A stretch of 64,000 bases of DNA from Erysipelotrichaceae bacterium (GCA_017516045.1 JAFWDT010000007.1:47954-111953), one strand, 5' to 3'. Shown: positions 37,280-46,003, numbered from the stretch's first letter. Translations and numbers: made by a program. The notes: generated from the letters alone by a model not told the origin.

Positions 37280-37564
37280 ATGAAAAACGGTTTAAATAAA
37301 AAGGAATTAGCAGAATTACTGGCAGATAGATTTGACATTACCAAGAAGCTCGCAGTTGAAGAAGTAAGCTGGCTTTTTGATGAAATTGCTGCGCAGTTAA
37401 AGAAGGGCAATAACGTTGATATTTCCGGATTTGGCAAATTCGCTGTAAAGACCAGAGAAGCACATGACGGTATTAATCCGGCTACTCTTGAGAAGATCTC
37501 AATCGAGAAGAAATCTTCAGTAACATTCAAGGCTGCAAAGGCCCTCAAGGAAAAAGTTAACTAA
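37280..37564 (+). CDS. hup: HU-family DNA-binding protein (divergent beta-arm)
   Basis: 94 aa with the HU/IHF fold pattern ISGFGKFAVKTREAHDGINPAT...VTFKAAKALKEKV. Confidence 0.88.
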   Translation: MKNGLNKKELAELLADRFDITKKLAVEEVSWLFDEIAAQLKKGNNVDISGFGKFAVKTREAHDGINPATLEKISIEKKSSVTFKAAKALKEKVN

Positions 37565-37584
37565 TAAGCTGTGTTTTATTTATT

Positions 37585-37615
37585 GCGATACTGTTTACTA
37601 CGGTATCGCTTTTTG
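37585..37615 (+). terminator. intrinsic terminator after hup
   Basis: GCGATACTG-7 nt-CGGTATCGC followed by TTTTTG. Confidence 0.7.
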
Positions 37616-37669
37616 TAGTATTTCTGTTTTCCATAAAGTGTTTTTGTCCGAAATATATCTGCATAAATA

Positions 37670-37678
37670 TGTTAGAAT
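37670..37678 (+). promoter_or_regulatory. extended -10 element upstream of the DUF2779-like gene
   Basis: TGtTAGAAT. No good -35 at 17-18 nt. Confidence 0.3.
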
Positions 37679-37695
37679 ATAATTGAGGTAGGAGT

Positions 37696-39171
37696 ATGCA
37701 CATATCTGATATAAGGAATTACATGCGCTGCCAGCGTTTATATCAGTTATCATTACAAGATGAATACAGGCCGTTTCCTTATTTCAATATCAGCATTGAT
37801 GTTGATGAGAGTCTAAGGAAAAAGCTTGATATAAATAGATATTATGAAGGCGTTGCTAATGATAATAATGAAAATACACTAAGAGCCTTTGAGGATTATC
37901 AATGGCTTCTTAAGTGTAGATTTGTTTATCGTGGTCTGCGTGTAAGAGTTCCTGTTCTTTACCATGATGGTAATGAATGTATATTGTATTTCAATTATCT
38001 TTCAACAGCACCGTCTGACGGTGAACTGACTAATATTAAATGGACATGTGCCGTAATGGAAAATCTGGGGTTCGTTATCAAGAACATTTTCCTGATACAC
38101 CTGAATCCTTCATATGTCAGACATGGCAATATAGATCATAAGAAACTCTGGCACATATCAAACTGTTTCTATAATGATAACAATAATCCGACCAGAAACG
38201 TTCTGGATGCTTACCGTAAAAGCCGTTTCAACCTGGATGCCCAGCTTGATGAACTGCTGCATTTCGACATGGATGAGACGATGGATGTTATCAGAACAAA
38301 CAAATGTACCGGTCGCAGCAAATGCCGTTATTACGATATCTGTTTCCCGGAAGAAAGCGATCTTCCTGATAACAGCATTCTCAATCTCGTCTCTTCTCAG
38401 CACAAGTATGAGATGTTCGGTAATGGCATAAAGTATTTGTCTGATATAGATCTTGAGTATTTTGAAGGTACTCAGCAACAGTATGCACAGATAATGGCAG
38501 ATAAAAGAGGGGGAACCTTCTATGAGGAGATTGCCCTGGAAAACTGGCTGCAGACTAACAGATCGGAAACAATGTCGTTCTTTGACTTTGAATGGGATCT
38601 TTATCCATTCCCTCCATATGATGATATGTCTGTCATGCAGGTACTGTGTTTCCAGTATTCACTGCATGTACAGCGAGACGGTAAAATCGAACATTATCAG
38701 TTCGTTGGCGAAGGAGACTGCCGCAGGGCCTTTGTTGAACAGCTGATCAGGGAAGTACCGCAGGAAGGAGTTATCTTTGCCTATAACGCCAGAGGAGCTG
38801 AGATAATGAGATTAAGAGAACTGCAGGAGACTTTCCCGGAATATCATGATCAGCTTGAGAATATAATCGTCAGAGTTGTTGACCTGGCGCAGCCGTTTAT
38901 TAAGGGAATCGTCTATGATGTCAGAATGAAGGGACTGTATTCACTGAAAGTCATCCAGGCCATGCTGGATCAGCAGCATACCTATAAGGATCTGGAAGTC
39001 GGTAACGGACTTGAAGCAGTTGCTATCCACCGTCAGATTGAAAAGGAAACTGATCCGGAAAAGAAAAAGGAGTATTACCAGCAGTTATACGAATACTGCG
39101 GTCTTGATTCCTATGCCATGGTAGAAGTCTATCAGTGGCTTAATAGTTTAATAAAGCCCGAACAGGGCTAG
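37696..39171 (+). CDS. DUF2779-like protein: N-terminal Cas4/RecB-like Cys-cluster domain fused to a C-terminal DEDD/RNase H-like domain
   Basis: 491 aa. Cys12 (RCQRLY) plus C-x5-C-x5-C (KCTGRSKCRYYDICF, nt 38305-38343). The C-terminal half has FFDFEW (38578-38595), YNARGAE and YCGLDSYAM. The family name is from memory and was not searched. Confidence 0.7.
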   Translation: MHISDIRNYMRCQRLYQLSLQDEYRPFPYFNISIDVDESLRKKLDINRYYEGVANDNNENTLRAFEDYQWLLKCRFVYRGLRVRVPVLYHDGNECILYFNYLSTAPSDGELTNIKWTCAVMENLGFVIKNIFLIHLNPSYVRHGNIDHKKLWHISNCFYNDNNNPTRNVLDAYRKSRFNLDAQLDELLHFDMDETMDVIRTNKCTGRSKCRYYDICFPEESDLPDNSILNLVSSQHKYEMFGNGIKYLSDIDLEYFEGTQQQYAQIMADKRGGTFYEEIALENWLQTNRSETMSFFDFEWDLYPFPPYDDMSVMQVLCFQYSLHVQRDGKIEHYQFVGEGDCRRAFVEQLIREVPQEGVIFAYNARGAEIMRLRELQETFPEYHDQLENIIVRVVDLAQPFIKGIVYDVRMKGLYSLKVIQAMLDQQHTYKDLEVGNGLEAVAIHRQIEKETDPEKKKEYYQQLYEYCGLDSYAMVEVYQWLNSLIKPEQG

Positions 39172-39181
39172 GAGGATATAT

Positions 39182-39703
39182 ATGAAAGTTAAAGTTCATG
39201 GAAAAGATTTATCTGTAAGTAATGACATGGTCGAAAGAATTACTTACAAATTGTCCTTTTTGGACAAGTACATCTTAATTGATGATGAAACCACAGCTCA
39301 GGTAATGGTAAAAAGGCATGGTAAAGACATCAAACTTGAAATAACTATTCCTACAAAAGTAGGATATCTTCGCTCAGAAGTCATTAATCATGAAATACAG
39401 GATGCCATTGATACATCAATTGACAAGCTTGAGGACCAGATAAGAAGACAGAAAACTCGTCTGTCAAGAAGACATAAGGAAAAACTGGCAGTTAACTTCG
39501 CAGCTGCAGAACCTGTTGAAGAACCGGCAATTCCGGTAAGAGTCAAGAGAATTCCTGTTGACGAAATGGATGTTGAAGATGCAATCATGCAGATGGAACT
39601 CATGGATCATACCTTCTTCATTTTCAAGGAAATTGATTCAGGTGTAATTGCTGTTGTATACAAGAGAGAGGATGGCGGATACGGCCTGATCGAAGCTGTA
39701 TAA
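39182..39703 (+). CDS. hpf: ribosome hibernation promoting factor, long form
   Basis: 173 aa with an N-terminal YfiA/HPF fold and a C-terminal dimerisation domain (MDVEDAIMQMELMDHTFFIFK...). Confidence 0.93.
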   Translation: MKVKVHGKDLSVSNDMVERITYKLSFLDKYILIDDETTAQVMVKRHGKDIKLEITIPTKVGYLRSEVINHEIQDAIDTSIDKLEDQIRRQKTRLSRRHKEKLAVNFAAAEPVEEPAIPVRVKRIPVDEMDVEDAIMQMELMDHTFFIFKEIDSGVIAVVYKREDGGYGLIEAV

Positions 39704-39709
39704 AGTAAC

Positions 39710-39737
39710 AAAAAGCCCTTTAAATAAAGGGCTTTTT
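39710..39737. terminator. palindromic intrinsic terminator after hpf
   Basis: AAAAAGCCCTTT-aaat-AAAGGGCTTTTT. Immediately followed by TGaTATAAT (39739-39747), a candidate sepF promoter. Confidence 0.8.
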
Positions 39738-39771
39738 ATGATATAATAATCGAGTATGGAGGTTTTCATAT

Positions 39772-40164
39772 ATGAGTAAAATTGGACAGTTTTTTAAAGA
39801 TGTTATTACTACTGATGTAGACGATGATGAAGAAGAAGTTGAAGAAGTTGCTGCTACTTCCGATTATGAACAGGCTAACCAGAAAGGCATTTTAAAGACA
39901 GATGCCAAGATGATGATTTTTGAACCTCGTTCTTATAACGATGCAACAGAAATCGTTAAATACTTAAAGGTTCAGAAAGCTTGTGTTGTCAACATCCACC
40001 GCTTACAGAACGAAATCCGTCAGCGTCTGATTGACGTATTATGGGGCGCTGTATATGCAATTGACGGCAAGATCCAGAAGGTTGGAACAGATGTTTATCT
40101 GTGCACTCCAAGAAGTGTTACCGTTGATGGCATGGTAGGCGCAGAACCTGATTCAGAAGAATAG
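39772..40164 (+). CDS. sepF: cell division protein SepF
   Basis: 130 aa with an acidic linker followed by the SepF core (MMIFEPRSYNDATEIVKYLK...VVNIHRL). Confidence 0.92.
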   Translation: MSKIGQFFKDVITTDVDDDEEEVEEVAATSDYEQANQKGILKTDAKMMIFEPRSYNDATEIVKYLKVQKACVVNIHRLQNEIRQRLIDVLWGAVYAIDGKIQKVGTDVYLCTPRSVTVDGMVGAEPDSEE

Positions 40165-40916
40165 TGAATAATAATATTCTTCAGCATTTTCAGGGATACG
40201 AGCTATTAATTAAAACACTTGATAATGGTGTGGAAAAGTTCAAACGAAAAGGTATACCTATGGTATATGGTTTCGTTGGCTTAGATAGCGCCAGGGTAAT
40301 TGAAAAATACCTGGGAAATGATGTTGAATACATTTTGTTTGGGGGATATGATAGAGCCTTCAGCAGATTTCTGGCAATTGGTGAGGATTTGGATCCTGCT
40401 GATTACATAACCTGCCTGAAGGCTCATTTTAATCCCAGGTACAACAAACTGACACATCGTGATGTTCTGGGAGCGGTCTACAATCTCGGCATTGACGACA
40501 GACAGTTTGGTGACCTTTGGGTTGAGGAAGATGCGATCTATCTCTATGTTTCAAGAGAGATGGCCTCATATTTCATAAACAATCTGACCAGAGTTGCCAG
40601 GTGTTCAATACAGTTTGAAGAGCTCGATTATTTTCCTGAACAGATATTCAGATTCAGGGATTTCAATATTACGGTATCCAGTTACAGACTCGATAAAGTA
40701 CTGTCAGCCATCATCAGAAAATCGAGAGAAAAGGCACAGAATTATATCAGAGGATCGCTGGTAAACGTGAATTATCAGACTATTGAAGATTGCGATTATC
40801 TGTGTAATAATATGGATATATTGTCGGTTCGTGGCATCGGACGTTTTCTTATAGACGAAGAGGTAGCCACAACAAAAAGCGGCAATGTGATTATTAAAGT
40901 CAGACAGTTTATCTGA
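40164..40916 (+). CDS. ylmH: YlmH-like S4-domain RNA-binding protein
   Basis: 250 aa with a GTG start overlapping the sepF stop. C-terminal S4 domain (YRLDKVLSAIIRKSREKAQNYIRGSLVNVN). Confidence 0.85.
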   Translation: MNNNILQHFQGYELLIKTLDNGVEKFKRKGIPMVYGFVGLDSARVIEKYLGNDVEYILFGGYDRAFSRFLAIGEDLDPADYITCLKAHFNPRYNKLTHRDVLGAVYNLGIDDRQFGDLWVEEDAIYLYVSREMASYFINNLTRVARCSIQFEELDYFPEQIFRFRDFNITVSSYRLDKVLSAIIRKSREKAQNYIRGSLVNVNYQTIEDCDYLCNNMDILSVRGIGRFLIDEEVATTKSGNVIIKVRQFI

Positions 40917-40930
40917 CATTAGTTATAAAG

Positions 40931-41150
40931 GCTGTGAAAAAGACACGCTGTTATGAAACGGACATCAAGAGAACTGACGGATGGTGCAAGTCAGTCGGCA
41001 GTCATGACAGATATCACTTTGGAGCTGTAGCGCCGATATGTAGGCGTTAACGTATTCCGCGTTAAGGACAATTAAGGGCATATGGTTTTCATATGAACTA
41101 AGGTGGTACCGCGTTTACAGACGTCCTTAGATGGACGTCTTTATTTTTTT
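40931..41150 (+). promoter_or_regulatory. T-box riboswitch leader, Ile specifier (AUC)
   Basis: AGAGA box, GGTGCAA distal loop, candidate specifier ATC-A at 41013-41016, F-box-like GCGTTA, T-box AGGTGGTACCGCG at 41101-41113, and terminator AGACGTCC-6 nt-GGACGTCT plus a T-run at 41119-41150. The 5' end is approximate. Confidence 0.88.
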
Positions 41151-41168
41151 GCTTAGGAGGGTATTTAT

Positions 41169-43919
41169 ATGGACTACAAGGATACACTGCTGATGCCTAA
41201 TACAACCTTTGAAATGAGAGGCAATCTGCCGAAAAAGGAACCTGGCATTCAGCAAAAATGGGAAGAAATGCGATTATATGACAGAATGGTTGCCATGAAC
41301 GAAGGGCTGCCTCTTTATGTCTTGCATGACGGCCCGCCATACGCTAACGGCAACCTGCACATGGGAACTGCCATGAACAGATGCCTGAAGGATTTTGTTG
41401 TTAAGTCAAAACACATGTCCGGTCATCAGATCAGTTTCTATCCTGGCTGGGATACACATGGTCTGCCTATTGAAAACGCCATGCCGAAACTCGGATATGA
41501 CCGTAAGAAGATGTCAACGGCAGATTTCCGCGCCAAGTGCGAAGAGTATGCCTTACAGCAGATAGAAATTCAGAAGACTACTGAAAAGAGACTGGGAACT
41601 GTAGCTGATTTTGATCATCCATATATTACCCTGCAGAAGACTTTTGAAGCGGATCAGATCAGAACCTTCGGCAAAATGGCTCTGAAAGGACTCATTTTCC
41701 AGGGCATGAAACCTATCTACTGGTCTCCGGAAAGAGAAAGCGCCGTAGCTGACAGTGAAATAGAATATCACGATAAGAAAGACCCGACAGTATTCGTAAC
41801 ATTTGATGTCAAGGATGGCAAGGGGGTCCTGGATGGCGATGAAAAGTTTGTCATCTGGACAACAACACCTTGGACACTGCCTGGCAATACTGCCATTACA
41901 CTTCATCCACAGTTTGAATATGCTGTTGTCAAGTGTGAAAAGGGCAAACTGATCATGCTGAAGAGCCTTGTAGAAACTCTAATGCAGAAATTTGGCATTG
42001 AAAATTACGAAATCATCAAGACTTATAAGGGCAAGGATCTGGAATATGTAACATGCAGGCATGTCCTGTATCCTGAAGAAAAGGAAACTCTGGTATGTAA
42101 CGCTGATTACGTTACAGATGAAGACGGTACCGGATGTGTTCATACAGCCGGCGGTCATGGTCTGGACGACTTCATGACTACTACAAGATATGGTCTTCCA
42201 GCTTTCTGTCCTGTTGATGAAAGAGGCTGCATGACCGAAGAAGCCGGGGAATGGCTGAAGGGACAGTTTGTCTTTGATGCCAATAAGACCATCGTTGTAA
42301 AACTTGAAGAAATCGGTCATCTGCTGAAGATGGAATGGATCACACACAGCTATCCTCATGACGAAAGAATGAAGAAGCCTGTAATCTTCAGAGCTACAAC
42401 TCAGTGGTTTGCATCAATTGAAAAAATCAAGGATCAGCTGTTAAAGGCTGTTGATGATACGACATGGCACAATGAATGGGGCCATACCCGTATCTATAAC
42501 ATGATCAAGGACCGTAAGGACTGGTGTATTTCCCGCCAGAGAGTCTGGGGCGTACCTATTCCTATTTTCTATGATGAAGCAGGAAAACCTATCATTGAAG
42601 AAGCAGTATTTGAACATGTTGCTCAGCTGTTTGAACAGTTTGGCTCCAATGTCTGGTTTGAAAGAGAAGCCAAGGACCTCTTGCCGGAAGGTTATACTAA
42701 TCCTGGTTCTCCAAACGGCAGATTTACCAAGGAAACAGACATCATGGACGTCTGGTTTGACTCCGGTTCATCACACAATACCTTCGCCAGAAGAGGACTG
42801 CCTTATCCATGCGATCTGTATCTGGAAGGAAGCGACCAGTACAGAGGATGGTTCAACTCTTCATTATCTGTAGGTGTTGCTACTCATGACGGTGTTGCTC
42901 CATATAAAGCTGTACTTTCACATGGTTATGTAGTTGATGGAAAGGGCATGGCAATGCACAAGTCTGTCGGTAATACAGTAGACCCTATGAAGGTCATGCA
43001 GGTTTACGGTGCTGATATTCTGAGATTATGGGCTACACTGGTAGACTTCAAGCAGGACATGAGATGCTCAGATGACATTCTGAAACAGGATGCTGAATTC
43101 TATAAGAAAGTCCGTAACACATTCAGATATCTTTTAGGTAACTGCAACCGCGTCACCAAAAAAGGCGAAAAGGACTTTGTTTACGAAGAAGACAGAGTTC
43201 CGTATGAAAAACTTGAAAGTCTTGATCAGTACATCATTGTTCTGCTGAATGATATCATTGAAAAAGTACGCAACGCTTATGACAGCTATAATTTCATAGA
43301 AGTCAGTACGACCATGATCAACTTCATGACAAATGTAATGTCTGCCTTCTATATGGACTATGCCAAGGATATACTCTATATCGAAAAGCTTGATTCATTA
43401 AGAAGAAGACAGGTTCAGACGGTATTCTATGAAGTTACTGATGCTTTGGTAAGACTGTGGGCTCCGATCCTGTCATTTACATCAGAAGAGATCTATTCAA
43501 TGTTCAAGCCTGAAGTTGAATCCGTATTCCTTACCCAGTTCCCTGAAGTTGTAAAGCATGAAAATGCTGCTGAACTTAAGAGCAGGTGGGGAAGCTACAT
43601 GAAAGTCAGAGATGACATTCTGAAAGCTCTTGAAGAAGCACGTAATTCAGGTCTGATCGGTAAGGCCCTGGAAGCCAAGATCTATCTGAAACTTAAAGAT
43701 GAATACAGAAACGCTGTTGAAGGATTAAGTGATCATGATCTTGCTCAGCTGGTAATCGTCTCACAGTTTGAACTGACAGAAGAAGAGAATACTGAATACG
43801 ATACAGGCTGGATCAAAGTCGAAAAATTTGATGGCTGTACATGTCCGAGATGCTGGAATGTCGTCAGTCATGTTGACGAAGACGGTCTGTGTGACAGATG
43901 TCACTACATCGTTAAATAA
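41169..43919 (+). CDS. ileS: isoleucine--tRNA ligase
   Basis: 916 aa with the HIGH-type motif (NGNLHMGT), a CP1 editing domain, the KMSKS-region variant AMHKS, and a C-terminal Zn ribbon CPRC...CDRC. Confidence 0.97.
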   Translation: MDYKDTLLMPNTTFEMRGNLPKKEPGIQQKWEEMRLYDRMVAMNEGLPLYVLHDGPPYANGNLHMGTAMNRCLKDFVVKSKHMSGHQISFYPGWDTHGLPIENAMPKLGYDRKKMSTADFRAKCEEYALQQIEIQKTTEKRLGTVADFDHPYITLQKTFEADQIRTFGKMALKGLIFQGMKPIYWSPERESAVADSEIEYHDKKDPTVFVTFDVKDGKGVLDGDEKFVIWTTTPWTLPGNTAITLHPQFEYAVVKCEKGKLIMLKSLVETLMQKFGIENYEIIKTYKGKDLEYVTCRHVLYPEEKETLVCNADYVTDEDGTGCVHTAGGHGLDDFMTTTRYGLPAFCPVDERGCMTEEAGEWLKGQFVFDANKTIVVKLEEIGHLLKMEWITHSYPHDERMKKPVIFRATTQWFASIEKIKDQLLKAVDDTTWHNEWGHTRIYNMIKDRKDWCISRQRVWGVPIPIFYDEAGKPIIEEAVFEHVAQLFEQFGSNVWFEREAKDLLPEGYTNPGSPNGRFTKETDIMDVWFDSGSSHNTFARRGLPYPCDLYLEGSDQYRGWFNSSLSVGVATHDGVAPYKAVLSHGYVVDGKGMAMHKSVGNTVDPMKVMQVYGADILRLWATLVDFKQDMRCSDDILKQDAEFYKKVRNTFRYLLGNCNRVTKKGEKDFVYEEDRVPYEKLESLDQYIIVLLNDIIEKVRNAYDSYNFIEVSTTMINFMTNVMSAFYMDYAKDILYIEKLDSLRRRQVQTVFYEVTDALVRLWAPILSFTSEEIYSMFKPEVESVFLTQFPEVVKHENAAELKSRWGSYMKVRDDILKALEEARNSGLIGKALEAKIYLKLKDEYRNAVEGLSDHDLAQLVIVSQFELTEEENTEYDTGWIKVEKFDGCTCPRCWNVVSHVDEDGLCDRCHYIVK

Positions 43920-43924
43920 TTAAT

Positions 43925-43955
43925 AAATCCCGGTTTTAAAAGCCGGGATTTCCTT
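43925..43955 (+). terminator. hairpin/terminator after ileS
   Basis: AAATCCCGG...CCGGGATTT, a 9-11 bp stem. The downstream T-run is short (TCCTTT). Confidence 0.55.
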
Positions 43956-43967
43956 TATAATGGATAT

Positions 43968-44693
43968 ATGATCATAAATTCAACAGATAACAGCAGAGTA
44001 AAGCTCTGGAGCAAGCTTAAACAGAAGAAATACCGTGATGAATATCACCTTTTTGTGGTTGAGGAAAAACACCTGATTGAGGAAGCAATAGCAGCCGGAA
44101 TGCTTGATACGCTGATCATAAGAGACGGATGCGATAATCCATTCGACAGAGAGGCAGTTTATGTTTCAGAAGCAATAATGAAAAAGCTGTCAAACAATGT
44201 GTCGCTTAATGAATGCATTGGAATATGCCGGATACCTGAAAATTCAGCAATAAAAGGAACATCTTTTATTATCTTAGAGCAACTCCAAGATCCGGGAAAT
44301 GTGGGCACGATCATCCGTACAGCCTGTTCATTCGGCTATGATGCTGTTCTGTTAAGCAGGGACTGCGCTTCACCATACAGCTATAAGACGATACAGGCAT
44401 CGCAGGGGGCTGTTTTCCAGATACCTGTTATAGTGGATGACATTGAAAAGCTTATTGCTGAAGTAAGATCCCTGGGCTGTACCGTATATGCTACTACACT
44501 TGATACGGACTGTTTTCTGAGCGATGTTAAAGTTCCTGACAGATATGCACTGTTATTTGGAAATGAAGGCCAGGGGCTCTCTGAGAAGGCTGTAAAGCTC
44601 TCAGACTGCAGTGTAAAGATAGAGATGGCCCGTTTTGAATCACTTAATGTTGCCATTGCCATGGGCATATGTGCATATCGCTTTAAACACTAA
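43968..44693 (+). CDS. TrmH/SpoU-family RNA 2'-O-methyltransferase (YsgA/RlmB-like)
   Basis: 241 aa with SPOUT motifs (LEQLQDPGNVGTIIRTA, LLFGNEGQGLS, ESLNVAIAMGI). Confidence 0.88.
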   Translation: MIINSTDNSRVKLWSKLKQKKYRDEYHLFVVEEKHLIEEAIAAGMLDTLIIRDGCDNPFDREAVYVSEAIMKKLSNNVSLNECIGICRIPENSAIKGTSFIILEQLQDPGNVGTIIRTACSFGYDAVLLSRDCASPYSYKTIQASQGAVFQIPVIVDDIEKLIAEVRSLGCTVYATTLDTDCFLSDVKVPDRYALLFGNEGQGLSEKAVKLSDCSVKIEMARFESLNVAIAMGICAYRFKH

Positions 44694-44722
44694 TTGTATT
44701 TTGTTCTTTTTGGATTTATAAT
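44694..44722 (+). promoter_or_regulatory. sigma-A promoter of the pheST T-box leader
   Basis: TTGTAT, 17-nt spacer, TATAAT. Confidence 0.55.
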
Positions 44723-44728
44723 GTTAAC

Positions 44729-44940
44729 AATACGATGACCGGGACAGTGGTATGTGCTCTGATTACAGCGAGGAAGCGGCTGGTGGAAGGCTTCTGATTA
44801 ATCACATGCGAATTCACCCGTGAGTGGGACCAATCATCCCCGTATGACTGCGTTAAAGTTTAATGAGTGTGCATTTTTAATGCATTGATTAAGGTGGTAC
44901 CGCGTTTACTGACGTCCTTATGCAGGACGTTTTTTATTTA
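44729..44940 (+). promoter_or_regulatory. T-box riboswitch leader, Phe specifier (UUC)
   Basis: Specifier context GAA-TTC-A at 44813-44816, F-box GCGTTA, T-box AGGTGGTACCGCG at 44892-44904, and terminator GACGTCC...GGACGT plus T6 at 44911-44940. Confidence 0.88.
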
Positions 44941-44955
44941 GAAAAGGAGATTTTT

Positions 44956-45993
44956 ATGAGTCGCAATTGGGATTTGCTGAAAAAGGAGTTCAATGACAGA
45001 ATAGCTTCTGCTCCTTCATTACAGGCCCTGGAACAGCTGCGTATTGAGCTGTTAGGCAAAAAGGGATCTGTAAATGCACTTATGCAGGAAATGAAAAACC
45101 TGCTACCGGAGGAAAGAAAGGATTTCGGCATGGCTGTAAACAATCTGAAAAAGAGTGTTGAAACAGCAATTGCCGGTAAGCTGACCGAACTCAAGGAAAA
45201 TGAGCTTAATGAAAAGCTGGCAAAGGAAAAAATCGACATTACCTTACCGGCCAGTGATTTTACATATGGAACACTTCATCCTCTGACCATAGTTCAGCAG
45301 GAGATAGAGGATATCTTTGTAGCCATGGGTTATGCCGTGGTAGAAGGACCTGAAGTAGAGTTTGATGTCTATAACTTTGAAAAGGCAAACATACCGGCAG
45401 ACCATCCGGCACGTGACATGCAGGATACTTTCTATGTTGATGTTGAAAGACTGTTAAGGACTCAGACGACTGCCATTCAGATGAGAGTCCTGGAAGCTCA
45501 GGGCAACAAACTTCCTATAAAGGTAATCTGCCCGGGTAAGGTTTACAGAAGAGATGACGATGATGCGACTCATTCTCATCAGTTCACCCAGATCGAAGGT
45601 CTGGTTGTCGGTGAAGGCATTACTCAGGCTGATCTGAAGGGTACGCTTGAACTGTTTGCCAGAAGCATGTTCGGCCCTCAGAGAGAGATACGTTTAAGAC
45701 AGTCATACTTCCCATTTACCGAACCTAGCCAGGAAATTGATGTTTCCTGCCATGTATGCGGAGGGAAGGGATGTTCAACCTGCAAGGGAACTGGCTGGAT
45801 CGAGATCCTTGGTTCCGGCATGGTACATCCTCACGTTCTGGATATGGCCGGCATCGAATCCACTAAGTATTCAGGTTTCGCTTTCGGCATAGGCGTTGAA
45901 AGAACAGCTATGCTGAAATACGGAATTGATGATATAAGAAATCTCTATCTTAATAATCTCAAGTTCTTGAGAAACTATAAGAGATTTGATTAG
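44956..45993 (+). CDS. pheS: phenylalanine--tRNA ligase alpha subunit
   Basis: Start at ATG 44956 (AAGGAGA SD). The track start at 44920 lies inside the T-box terminator. Class II motifs ([17 protein letters not shown]). Confidence 0.96.
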   Translation: MSRNWDLLKKEFNDRIASAPSLQALEQLRIELLGKKGSVNALMQEMKNLLPEERKDFGMAVNNLKKSVETAIAGKLTELKENELNEKLAKEKIDITLPASDFTYGTLHPLTIVQQEIEDIFVAMGYAVVEGPEVEFDVYNFEKANIPADHPARDMQDTFYVDVERLLRTQTTAIQMRVLEAQGNKLPIKVICPGKVYRRDDDDATHSHQFTQIEGLVVGEGITQADLKGTLELFARSMFGPQREIRLRQSYFPFTEPSQEIDVSCHVCGGKGCSTCKGTGWIEILGSGMVHPHVLDMAGIESTKYSGFAFGIGVERTAMLKYGIDDIRNLYLNNLKFLRNYKRFD

Positions 45994-46003
45994 GAGGCAT
46001 ATT

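Noticed and set aside
42940-42975. The IleS KMSKS loop reads AMHKS instead of KMSKS.
   Set aside because: The catalytic second Lys is kept, and class I synthetases tolerate variation at the first position. I cannot judge its significance, for example whether it indicates a mupirocin-resistant type, without an alignment.
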